The position numbers and the translations under genes were made by a program. Positions 27,091 through 34,727 of a DNA stretch of 36,846 bases are shown here, piece by piece. This DNA is from a virus (lineage: Duplodnaviria > Caudoviricetes): positions 1 to 36,846 of IMG/VR virus record IMGVR_UViG_3300036783_000194; one strand, 5' to 3'. The notes beneath the pieces are model-generated. The model saw only the letters and a list, made by a program, of their open reading frames with translations, was not told the DNA's origin and made no database searches. Every line of letters starts with the position of its first letter. Positions within the stretch are counted from its first letter, which is position 1.

Positions 27091-27303
27091 GTGCATGGTT
27101 GGGTTTCGTTCATCGTCGGTTATACGCTCGGCCTGTCTTCCGGCTTTGTCCTGCTCTACTATTGCGTTTTTAAGCCTTCGTTGGAGTGTGCGCGGCGCGA
27201 ATCAAGCCGATTCATGCGTGAGAGCTCGGAGCTCAACAGAAAATTTCAAGCGGAACTGATGCGGGCCTTTGAGAGCACGCTCGCGGAACGTCGGCGCGAA
27301 TAA
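27091..27303 (+). CDS. Small membrane protein with C-terminal coiled coil
   Basis: GTG 27091; WVSFIVGYTLGLSSGFVLLYYCVF hydrophobic segment; divergent from the coat-like gene. Confidence 0.6.
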   Translation: MHGWVSFIVGYTLGLSSGFVLLYYCVFKPSLECARRESSRFMRESSELNRKFQAELMRAFESTLAERRRE

Positions 27304-27326
27304 TGCGGGCTGGTTTATTGTCACGA

Positions 27327-27860
27327 TTACATCGTGCGCGCTCGGCTGGCCTCGAGGTATTCGTTAACGCACTGCGGGCAATAAGCGTACTCCTGGCTCA
27401 CTGGCGGCGGAATCGGATATAAGCTCTGATGGCGGCAAGCGAGAACGATAAGCTCGCTCCCGTCGTTTGGATCCGGAATGCGCTCCTCGATCAAGCGAAA
27501 AAAGCGAAGCTCCTCGAAGTTCGGGCGCTCGAGGCGGCCGAATGCGGCCGGCGGGATCTCCGGGCCTGGCGCGCGCGGTATGTCCTCGGCCGTGTTGTTT
27601 CCGCGGCGGATGGCCTCGGCGACGTGCGGCGCGCTTCCTCGCGCGAATTTGAGCTCTACCAAGTCGATAAACTCGCGAACCATCTCGGCCGCGGCTCCGG
27701 TGGTCGCGTCCGGGTGCCTCAGTCCTAGCTGGCACATGGCGACGACGGCGAACGCGGCCTCTGGCGCGATCTCGAGGCGCATCCCTGCGCCGGAGGTCCG
27801 GAGGTCGATCATCTCCTGGGTAACTCGCTGGAGAAGCTCCTCGCTCGTGAGCTCGTTCAT
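27327..27860 (-). CDS. Hypothetical protein with C-terminal Zn-binding motif (LACRH..CPQC)
   Basis: ORF track; SD GGAGAG. Confidence 0.7.
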   Translation of the reverse strand: MNELTSEELLQRVTQEMIDLRTSGAGMRLEIAPEAAFAVVAMCQLGLRHPDATTGAAAEMVREFIDLVELKFARGSAPHVAEAIRRGNNTAEDIPRAPGPEIPPAAFGRLERPNFEELRFFRLIEERIPDPNDGSELIVLACRHQSLYPIPPPVSQEYAYCPQCVNEYLEASRARTM

Positions 27861-28092
27861 AAGCTCTCCAGACTAGCGCGCCGGCTCACTGAAGGCTTTC
27901 AATTCTCCGCTGCACTTCCGGCAAAAGCGAGACAGTTATAGGGAGTAACGGATGCTCGAGTCGGGCTCTCGCGACGTATTCAAGAGCAGCATCAACGGCG
28001 TGATAGTCGCGATTATGTAGCAGAATAATTAGGTTCTGAATGATCTCCGCGGCCTTGGGGTCGCTCATAAGCTCTCCAGACTGGCGCGCCGG
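27857..28092. repeat. 28-bp direct repeats (27857-27884, 28065-28092; 1 mismatch) flanking a 60-aa gene
   Basis: TCATAAGCTCTCCAGACT[A/G]GCGCGCCGG at both positions. Confidence 0.9.
27886..28068 (-). CDS. 60-aa hypothetical protein, AT-richer than neighbours
   Basis: ATGA-coupled to the upstream gene; lies between the 28-bp repeats. Confidence 0.6.
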   Translation of the reverse strand: MSDPKAAEIIQNLIILLHNRDYHAVDAALEYVARARLEHPLLPITVSLLPEVQRRIESLQ

Positions 28093-28610
28093 ATGATGAG
28101 AGCTCCGCGGCGTCCGTCCTTCGTCGCGTGCAAGCGGCCGTCCTTGATGGCCTGGCTCAACTTCCGCGCGGAGTATCCGGAGTACACGGCGGCCTCCTCG
28201 AGTGTGAGGTTCAATTTCAGGTGAAGCGGCACGGCCGGCGCCGGCGCGATCGCCGCGGCCTCCGGCGCCGGTAACATGCGCTGGCTGGTGAGCTCGCGGA
28301 GCGCGTCGAGGAAACGCTCGATGTGGTCTCCGGTAAGCGGCGGGGTGGTCATCGTGAACGCGTCCGGATGAAATTGGAGCGGGGCGGCCGCGGGCATGTT
28401 CACCGGGAACGGCTTCGGCTCCTGGCTCTCGAGTAGCTTTTTCAAGTCGTCCGGATTAACGACGTTCTCCGGCTTGCGGCCGGCGCGCGCGCGCTTCCGG
28501 AACTCAAGTTTTCCGCGCTCGTTGGCTCGAATAACGGAACGTCTCGACGTGCGAAGCTGTACGGCGGCCTGGTCGACGGAGGGCCACTCGGAAAGGTCTA
28601 TCTCGGGCAT
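28065..28610 (-). CDS. DNA-binding protein with two excisionase-like HTH domains
   Basis: N-terminal SVDQAAVQLRTSRRSV..G.L; C-terminal LTLEEAAVYSGYS..L..AIKDGRL..IIRRASLE. Confidence 0.78.
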   Translation of the reverse strand: MPEIDLSEWPSVDQAAVQLRTSRRSVIRANERGKLEFRKRARAGRKPENVVNPDDLKKLLESQEPKPFPVNMPAAAPLQFHPDAFTMTTPPLTGDHIERFLDALRELTSQRMLPAPEAAAIAPAPAVPLHLKLNLTLEEAAVYSGYSARKLSQAIKDGRLHATKDGRRGALIIRRASLESL

Positions 28611-28636
28611 CGTGACAATGATGCAATGTCACGATG
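28608..28636. promoter_or_regulatory. 10-bp perfect inverted repeat over the HTH gene start (candidate autoregulatory operator)
   Basis: CATCGTGACA-9nt-TGTCACGATG; half-site ATTGTCACGAT at 27317-27327. Confidence 0.6.
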
Positions 28637-28658
28637 TCCCGCACAATAGAAAACTGTA

Positions 28659-28985
28659 CTACTGAACGCGCGGCAAGTGCTCGGCCGGCGGCGCCGCGGG
28701 TTCGCGCTCCACGTCTCCGGGCGCGTCTTCGACGTGATCAAGCGCAACGGGTAACGATTCCGGAAAGAGGCGCTTAATCTCCGGCTCGCATAAGAGGCGG
28801 CCGATGGCCTCGGCGGGGATCGCTTCGCCGGCCGGGATCGGGGTTGTACAGGCTTCGCAGATATGCGGGTTTCTGCTCATGACTACGGCCACATCTGCGG
28901 CCTCGCTCGCGCTCGGGCGGTTGATGATCGCGACTCCTAGAAACTCGCCGGTCTTGTAACACGCGACACTGACCCAGTACAACAT
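28659..28985 (-). CDS. Hypothetical protein (MLYWVSVACYKTGEFLGVAII)
   Basis: ATG 28985 within ORF 28659..29051. Confidence 0.6.
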   Translation of the reverse strand: MLYWVSVACYKTGEFLGVAIINRPSASEAADVAVVMSRNPHICEACTTPIPAGEAIPAEAIGRLLCEPEIKRLFPESLPVALDHVEDAPGDVEREPAAPPAEHLPRVQ

Positions 28986-28990
28986 GCGCT

Positions 28991-29173
28991 TTAGGCGGCC
29001 GCGGGCGCGCTCGCTTCGGGCGGCGCCGTCATCGTTCCGCACTTCGGGCAAGCGTGCGGCTCTGGTTTCGCGTACACGTACACTAGCTCGCCGCGGCGGG
29101 TCTCAAACGTTCCGCCGGGCCTGACCTGGAAGCAGTGAAAGCACGCCGGGCACATATAGACGGGCTCTATCAT
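28991..29173 (-). CDS. Small zinc-ribbon protein (CPAC..CPKC)
   Basis: ATG 29173 coupled to the upstream stop; two CxxC pairs. Confidence 0.6.
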   Translation of the reverse strand: MIEPVYMCPACFHCFQVRPGGTFETRRGELVYVYAKPEPHACPKCGTMTAPPEASAPAAA

Positions 29174-29445
29174 TTCGGATCGAACGCGGCCGCGTCCGCG
29201 GTGGCGAATAGGCTCGCTTGCGCCGGCGGATCGAACACGGCGGGCGCCTCGCCTGGTCTCAAAACCTGCTCGGTGCACTTCCCGCGGCATTTCGGGCAAG
29301 TGATGTACCGCGTTGAATCCTCCGGAACCTCTCCGGTTCCGTGACAATAGCGACAATCGCGGTTTACGGTGTGGGTCTCTGCTGGCAGTACGCGCGCCAC
29401 TCTCTCAGAGAATACTCTTTCTCGGGCGCCTCTGTGCGAATCCAA
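29170..29445 (-). CDS. DnaJ-type zinc-finger mini protein (CRYCHGTG..CPKCRG); start uncertain
   Basis: CxxCxGxG motif; 5' part overlaps the upstream gene. Confidence 0.5.
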   Translation of the reverse strand: MDSHRGARERVFSERVARVLPAETHTVNRDCRYCHGTGEVPEDSTRYITCPKCRGKCTEQVLRPGEAPAVFDPPAQASLFATADAAAFDPK

Positions 29446-29597
29446 CGTAAGAGCTCCTCGATTGGTACAGAAGCCTCTTCCGCTATGGTTATTAGGCTTT
29501 GCGCGCGTTCCTCGAGCTCGGCGCGGTCGCTGTGTGGGAGTTCGTCAATGAGGGCGCTCAGAGCGCGTTTTAGCGCGAAATCCCGTAATTCGAGCAT
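29364..29597 (-). CDS. Hypothetical helical protein
   Basis: SD AAGGA upstream; 77 aa. Confidence 0.6.
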   Translation of the reverse strand: MLELRDFALKRALSALIDELPHSDRAELEERAQSLITIAEEASVPIEELLRWIRTEAPEKEYSLREWRAYCQQRPTP

Positions 29598-29767
29598 TTT
29601 TCCTTCTTTGCCCTACTGAATCAAGACTATGATGCGAAGCAACGCCGGCGGCGCTGGCGTTCGTCAAATTGTTACGGGTCGCGCGCCGGGTGTGGGCGCG
29701 AAAACTTCAGTGTTTGTGTGTGGTGTTCGTTGAGTCTTTCCAGGGAGAAACAAACTTGGTTATTGAA

Positions 29768-30130
29768 ATGAAGCGTCGCAAGTCGCCGGAGGATCCGGAA
29801 TCGCGGCGGAAATTGGCGGAGTTCGCGCTCGAGTTTCGGGAGCGGATCCGGGAATTAAAACTAGCGCGTGATTACGTGCTCAAACACAAGCGTAGAGACC
29901 AAAGTTCTAAAGCTATCCGGAGGCGTTTCCAAGCAACGGAACAGAAGATGCGGCTCGAGTACGCGAAAACGCGGCGCACGTTCGAGAGTCTCGATGGCTT
30001 CCGCGCGGAAGCGGGTCTGCGGCTACTGAAGGAAATGGGTATCCCGCGGCCGCATGATATGAACGGCCGGCCGTATAGTGGCGAAGAAATTTGGCGCGAA
30101 CTCGGGAAAGCGTTGGGCGTCGGCTCTTAG
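29768..30130 (+). CDS. Basic hypothetical protein (MKRRKSPEDP)
   Basis: ATG 29768 in ORF 29669..30130; start uncertain. Confidence 0.5.
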   Translation: MKRRKSPEDPESRRKLAEFALEFRERIRELKLARDYVLKHKRRDQSSKAIRRRFQATEQKMRLEYAKTRRTFESLDGFRAEAGLRLLKEMGIPRPHDMNGRPYSGEEIWRELGKALGVGS

Positions 30131-31812
30131 CTGCCGGCGGCGCGGCGCTTCGACTCGAGAACGCGCCGGAGTTTCTCAATCCGGGCGCGCCGTTCGCGTT
30201 CCGGGCCTTCCGGGTGCGCCGCGATGTACTCCACGGCCGCGACTAGCTCCGCTGCGAGTAGCTCGCGGATTCCCGCAATTTTCTTTTTCAATACATAGCG
30301 GGCCGGTCGATCGTCTGCCGGCGTCTCGGTGAGTTGGGCCTCTAGCCTGGCGAGCTCGTTTTCCGGCGGCTCCGGCTGGTAGGGCGCCGGCGCGTCTGCT
30401 CCCAGGTGCGCGCGGAGCTCGGCCGCGTCGCGTCGCCATTCGTCAATCTGCGGGTGGTCCGGTGTTTCGGCTATAAAACGCTCTAGGCTGGCGAGTTTCT
30501 CCGCGGGGGTGTCAAAGGGCTCGGGCACGTCCGCGGCGGGCGTCTGCGCCGCTGTGCGCGCAAGATAGGGCCGATTTAACGCAATCCACGCCGGTAAGTC
30601 GGCCTGGGCGAACTTCAGCAACGCCGGCGGGCCGTCGATCGCGTACCCTTTGCGGATCTTCTCTTCCGTCTTGTCGAGTAGGAAGCGCGCCGCGGCGATC
30701 TGGCTAATTCCGTGCTCCGGTGCGAGTTTTACAAACTGGCTCCGGAGTGTGGGGTTGAGGGGTTTACAGAACAGCTTTTCGACATAAGCCACGGCCGGGC
30801 CGTCGTTCACTGCGGCCGCTGGCGTGCTCTCCCCGCATTCAACAGGAAGGGGGTTCGCTGGTGTCGTGTCATCGGCTGCTGGTGTTCCGTCTTCCTGGGC
30901 TTCCGCTACTACTGCGGCCGCGTCTTCGTCAGTGAGTGAGTCCTCGCAACTGAAACCGGCCGGCGCCTCTGGCTCTCCTGCACTTACTCTGTTCTCTTCT
31001 CTGTCCTCTGGTGAATAAGGATGCGAAACGTGTACGGTGTCGCTTTCGACGGTGTACGGCGCCGTTTGCATTGCCTGTACGAGTTGCTCGTCGGCCGCGG
31101 CGTAAATTTCCTGTACAGACAATTTCGGCGTAATCAACTTTACAATTCGCGCCGTGTTTGCTGCCTCATCGTCTGCGGCTTTTTGCCGGCGGAGAACGAT
31201 TCCCTCTTGGGCTAGAACCTCATACAAGAGCTCCATCAGCAACTCGCGGGCGCCGAAAATGGCATCTCTAACGTACTGCTTTTCGAGTTCGCTTACCTTC
31301 TCGATCGCGAGGTGCACCCTGCGCTGGCTGATTTCTGGAAGTCGTTCAATTTGAACGACAATGTACCGCGGCAAATTGTCTGTACAGGTTTTTTTGTGGA
31401 TACCCGTTTCTTCTAATTCGCTTTTCTTTCGCCACGGCTGAACGGTGCCATTTAGCCATAGCTTTCCGTCCTTGTCTTTGGTTACGAGGCTTTTCTCCTC
31501 GAGCTCTTTCCAGACGCGCCATGCGGCCGGCGCATCCCATCCGAGTTGGTCCGCGGCATCCGACAAGCGGAGCGGCCGCTTCCGCTCGTCCGCGGCGTAT
31601 GGAGTGCGGCCGCATCGCTTCGGCCGGAGGCAACTCGAGCGCAACCAAGCGAGCATCCGATGGGCTCGCGGCGTGAGTTGGAGCTCCTCATCTAAAAACG
31701 CCTCGTACTGATCCGGCGGGATGGGGTCGTATCCGCGCTCGCGGCTGCCTCCCATCGCGACGATGAGCGCGAGGTTCTGGTCTTTTATCGGCGCGGTCGC
31801 GGCCGCGCTCAT
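30127..31812 (-). CDS. Replication-initiator-like protein with N-terminal winged HTH
   Basis: LRLSDAADQLGW..AWRVWKELEEKSLV wHTH pattern, then a low-complexity linker holding repeated GTACA motifs (lambda O-like layout); SD GGGAGG. Confidence 0.6.
   Translation of the reverse strand: MSAAATAPIKDQNLALIVAMGGSRERGYDPIPPDQYEAFLDEELQLTPRAHRMLAWLRSSCLRPKRCGRTPYAADERKRPLRLSDAADQLGWDAPAAWRVWKELEEKSLVTKDKDGKLWLNGTVQPWRKKSELEETGIHKKTCTDNLPRYIVVQIERLPEISQRRVHLAIEKVSELEKQYVRDAIFGARELLMELLYEVLAQEGIVLRRQKAADDEAANTARIVKLITPKLSVQEIYAAADEQLVQAMQTAPYTVESDTVHVSHPYSPEDREENRVSAGEPEAPAGFSCEDSLTDEDAAAVVAEAQEDGTPAADDTTPANPLPVECGESTPAAAVNDGPAVAYVEKLFCKPLNPTLRSQFVKLAPEHGISQIAAARFLLDKTEEKIRKGYAIDGPPALLKFAQADLPAWIALNRPYLARTAAQTPAADVPEPFDTPAEKLASLERFIAETPDHPQIDEWRRDAAELRAHLGADAPAPYQPEPPENELARLEAQLTETPADDRPARYVLKKKIAGIRELLAAELVAAVEYIAAHPEGPERERRARIEKLRRVLESKRRAAGS
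31031..31394. repeat. Iteron-like TGTAC cluster within the rep gene (candidate origin), including a 16-bp inverted pair
   Basis: TGTAC at 31031, 31053, 31076, 31112, 31381; CCTGTACAGACAATTT (31110-31125) is the reverse complement of 31373-31388. Confidence 0.55.
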
Positions 31813-31904
31813 TGTTGGCCTCCCGACATCGAAGCGGGGGCGGATTCACTTTTTGGTGAATGAGAGAGAAAAGTTCTATCTGACATGATTTCTGGTTCCA
31901 GTAC

Positions 31905-32110
31905 GGCCGCGGGGCAAAAAAACCGCGGCGGTTTGGCGTCCCAGCTAAGAACAGGTCAGAATGGGATCTGTTCTTAGGCATCACACACTGGGCGCCTGAA
32001 AAACAACTCGAGTCTCACTTCCGCCGGCGGTGGCACGTTGACGGGCTCACAAGTGAGCTCAAAACAAAAGAGCGCGGCCGGATTAACACACCGGCCGCGC
32101 TTTTAACTTT
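31905..32110. promoter_or_regulatory. Structured non-coding region upstream of rep: long hairpin plus bidirectional terminator
   Basis: CTAAGAACAG (31945-54) / CTGTTCTTAG (31968-77) inside CCCAG/CTGGG and GGCG/CGCC; AGCGCGGCCGG/CCGGCCGCGCT (32071-32101) flanked by A- and T-runs. Confidence 0.6.
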
Positions 32111-32312
32111 TTCCGGGGGATCGCGATCGCGCGCGCGTCTTCGTCTGCGCTTCGCCTTTGTTTACTTTGGATTGCCTGAACACAGAAACAGCATAGGCGG
32201 ATAATCGGGCCTTGGGAATGCGCGGCGGTACTATTTCAATAGCGTTTTTTGTGGATAATTTCGCGCCGGCGAACGTGTCTCAAGTTCGGATCGCGGCGCC
32301 TTCGCGCGTCCG

Positions 32313-32642
32313 TTAGTTCCGGCTGGCGCGGCGCTCGGCGATGATGGCGGCCTGGGTCGCAAGTTGGGCGGCCTCCTGGTGCTTGAGCGCGGGTAAGAGC
32401 TCGGCGAGTTTGCGGTTCTCGATGGTCGCCACTTCGAAGCTCCACTGATCGCGCGGCGCTCGGCAAAGCTCACACCAGGGATTCATTCCGCCGGCCGCGA
32501 TCGCTTCTTCAATTCCTGCCTTGAGTCCGTCGACGGCGCCGGCCGCGGTGCCTGGCGGTTCCTCGCCGGCGCCGGCCATGATGCAATGACGCGCGGGACA
32601 AAGACACTGGACGAGGTGCACGCGCGGCGCGGGCTCGCTCAT
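32313..32642 (-). CDS. Hypothetical Cys-containing protein (QCLCPARHC..NPWCELC)
   Basis: ATGA-coupled to the HNH gene. Confidence 0.65.
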   Translation of the reverse strand: MSEPAPRVHLVQCLCPARHCIMAGAGEEPPGTAAGAVDGLKAGIEEAIAAGGMNPWCELCRAPRDQWSFEVATIENRKLAELLPALKHQEAAQLATQAAIIAERRASRN

Positions 32643-33085
32643 GCGCTGGCCACTCCAAGAAACTGGCGGCCGTCATCGAATAGCGCCGGCTGCTCGGCGG
32701 TCTCGAGTTGTCCGCAAAAATCGGACAACTGCAAACACAATTGCTCGGCTATACCGGGATGGGCCTCGCGCCACAATTGCCGGAGGAAATCCGGAAACGC
32801 GAAGCTCGGGTACTTGGTCCGGTGCAAGCGCGTGTGACACGCGCGCCGGAGTGTGATCAACCAGCGGGCCTGATCGACGCGCCGGCGGTGATGTACGAGT
32901 AAATCCTCGATCGCGCCGCAACATTGACACCGGAAACCGTCGCGCTCGAGAACGTCTCCGCGCTGGCCTCCGAATTTCTCGCGGCTGAGACGCTCGCGCC
33001 GGTTGCAGGTGCTACAGCGTCCGTTGCTTTGCATCTGTGCTTGGCCGCACGCACACCATAGCGCGCTTTGTTGAGTCTCGAGCAT
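32639..33085 (-). CDS. HNH endonuclease-like protein, apparently degenerate
   Basis: VLERDGFRCQCCG..LLVHH..WLITLRRACHTRLH; the usual NL.TLC reads WL.TLR. Confidence 0.75.
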   Translation of the reverse strand: MLETQQSALWCACGQAQMQSNGRCSTCNRRERLSREKFGGQRGDVLERDGFRCQCCGAIEDLLVHHRRRVDQARWLITLRRACHTRLHRTKYPSFAFPDFLRQLWREAHPGIAEQLCLQLSDFCGQLETAEQPALFDDGRQFLGVASA

Positions 33086-33318
33086 GACTCACTCATCATA
33101 GGCAAATTCGGCGCGGCGCCGCGGCGCCGTGTGTATTCGGTGTAATTGGTTTTCGGGGTCTTGCTTATGGGAGGGAATCTCCCGGTGTTGCGCCGGGAAA
33201 TGAATGGTTCAAACGTACCAGAATGCCCTTCGCATTTCCAGTAGCATTTCAAATAAGGGCGGTACGAGATAGGGGATCGCACTCGCCACTCGCGCGCGGG
33301 TGGCGACTATTTGAGGCA

Positions 33319-33729
33319 ATGACGAGAAAAGAAAAGGCTCGAGAGGCTCTCTCCAAGATGGTTGATGAGCTCGGCGACCTCGAGAAAGAAATCGAAGCAT
33401 ATAAGCCGAAATTCGCGCGCGTCGAAATACTTCGGGCCGCGATTCGGGCCGCGTTTGGAAAAAGCGATCCGGGGAAACGTTATCAAGTTGAGGGGGAAAC
33501 CTGGGTTGTTCTGCTGGGTAAAGCGGGCAATTCGAGCGTCGTTGATAAAGCCGAACTGCTCCGGCTGGTCGGGCCGGCGCGCTTCGCCGCGGCCTCTTTT
33601 CTCACGTTGAAGTCGCTCGAGGAACACTTTCCAAAAGACATCCTGGGCGCCGTCGTGTCGCTGGAAGCGGTCGGGCCGCGGGTGCTTACCGTGGTTGCGA
33701 AAGCGGATAACGCCGCGGCGGAAGCATGA
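33319..33729 (+). CDS. Hypothetical protein (MTRKEKAREAL..VDELGDL)
   Basis: ATG 33319 after GAGG and a TGGCGACTATT motif. Confidence 0.7.
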   Translation: MTRKEKAREALSKMVDELGDLEKEIEAYKPKFARVEILRAAIRAAFGKSDPGKRYQVEGETWVVLLGKAGNSSVVDKAELLRLVGPARFAAASFLTLKSLEEHFPKDILGAVVSLEAVGPRVLTVVAKADNAAAEA

Positions 33730-33789
33730 CCTCGACCTAACCTTTTCCTAGCCTGATTTTTGGCGGCCGCGCGCCTCTAAATCTCTGGC

Positions 33790-34080
33790 ATGTTTAGCAA
33801 AGCGCGGCTCAAAAGACTACAGCGGGAGATGAAGGCGCGGCTCCATGCGGAGCGGCTGGCGCCGGCTCGCGCGGAACGTGAGCGGCTGGTGTGGGAAGCG
33901 GGCCACGTCGCGCGCAAGCGCGAAGGGTACGCGGCGGTTGCGATGGGCTGTGTTCTGCGGGCCTCGGAGCGACGCATGAAACGCGAGCGATACGTTACCG
34001 CTATCCTGGGCGTTCGAACCTCTTGGCCGCGCATTATTGAGCATGCAAAGTACGCCGTTTGCTCGGAGTCGCGCGCATGA
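33790..34080 (+). CDS. Arg-rich hypothetical protein
   Basis: ORF whose stop overlaps the next ATG. Confidence 0.45.
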   Translation: MFSKARLKRLQREMKARLHAERLAPARAERERLVWEAGHVARKREGYAAVAMGCVLRASERRMKRERYVTAILGVRTSWPRIIEHAKYAVCSESRA

Positions 34081-34316
34081 CTTACGGGGTTAAGTACGTC
34101 GAGGGCGACGTTCCGGCGGTCGTGGGCGCTCAATTGATTCTGAAGGGTATCCCTGACGGCGACGCGGACGGCTCGAGTTTGCGGTTCTACCGGAACGGGC
34201 TGCTCATGCGGCCGGAGTTCAACGATTACACGGTGGTAGCGGGTCAGATCATCATTCCGAACCCTCCGCCGGATCCGCAAGATAAATTCATAGCGTTTTA
34301 CCGGCTGAAGCCGTGA
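34077..34316 (+). CDS. Small beta-rich protein (LRFYRNGLL..DY....I...PP..D.FIAFY)
   Basis: Pattern resembles a module repeated in phage structural proteins; ATG 34077. Confidence 0.6.
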   Translation: MTYGVKYVEGDVPAVVGAQLILKGIPDGDADGSSLRFYRNGLLMRPEFNDYTVVAGQIIIPNPPPDPQDKFIAFYRLKP

Positions 34317-34318
34317 TT

Positions 34319-34438
34319 ATGGACGCGCTCGCCTCCATTATCTCGGGCGGCCTGGTCGCGTTCGCGGTCCTACTCTGCGCGCCACTGGCCGCGGATCTGG
34401 CCGCGGCCGCGCGGAAGCTGCTCCGCCGGCCGGTCTGA
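34319..34438 (+). CDS. 39-aa hydrophobic peptide (MDALASIISGGLVAFAVLLCAPL)
   Basis: Hand translation; starts 2 nt after the previous stop. Confidence 0.45.
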   Translation: MDALASIISGGLVAFAVLLCAPLAADLAAAARKLLRRPV

Positions 34439-34462
34439 ATCCTGACAATTTCCCGCCTGTCA

Positions 34463-34618
34463 CTATGGCCGATTTTCGGCCACTTCTCCTAAAACCTTCC
34501 CTACGGTCTCCTCGATCTTCTCCGCGGTCTCTTTGCTCTGCGGGTTCTTCACAAAAATAGCGGTCGCGGCTGCGCCGGCGCTCAAAACAGCGATTAGAAT
34601 TTTGTGCCAGTTCTTCAT
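34463..34618 (-). CDS. 51-aa single-TM protein (MKNWHKILIAVLSAGAAATAIFVKNP)
   Basis: Hand translation; ATG lies 5 nt after TGGCGACTATT on the minus strand. Confidence 0.6.
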   Translation of the reverse strand: MKNWHKILIAVLSAGAAATAIFVKNPQSKETAEKIEETVGKVLGEVAENRP

Positions 34619-34620
34619 GC

Positions 34621-34660
34621 CGCAATAGTCGCCACTTTTCGAAAACTGGCGACTATTACG
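34621..34660. promoter_or_regulatory. 40-bp near-perfect palindrome between divergent genes; related site at 33283-33311
   Basis: CGCAATAGTCGCCACTTTTCGAAAACTGGCGACTATTACG; shared consensus TCGCCA-N12-TGGCGACTATT. Confidence 0.75.
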
Positions 34661-34727
34661 GGGATGGCTGTTTGCCGGCGGTTCCTGGGACTGGCGACGC
34701 CCGCGGCTGCGCTGAAACCTGCTCTAA

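Noticed and set aside
34621-34660. 40-bp palindrome as a protelomerase (telRL-like) site
   Set aside because: No protelomerase gene is recognisable, the 211-aa recombinase is far too short, and the half-motif recurs before start codons.
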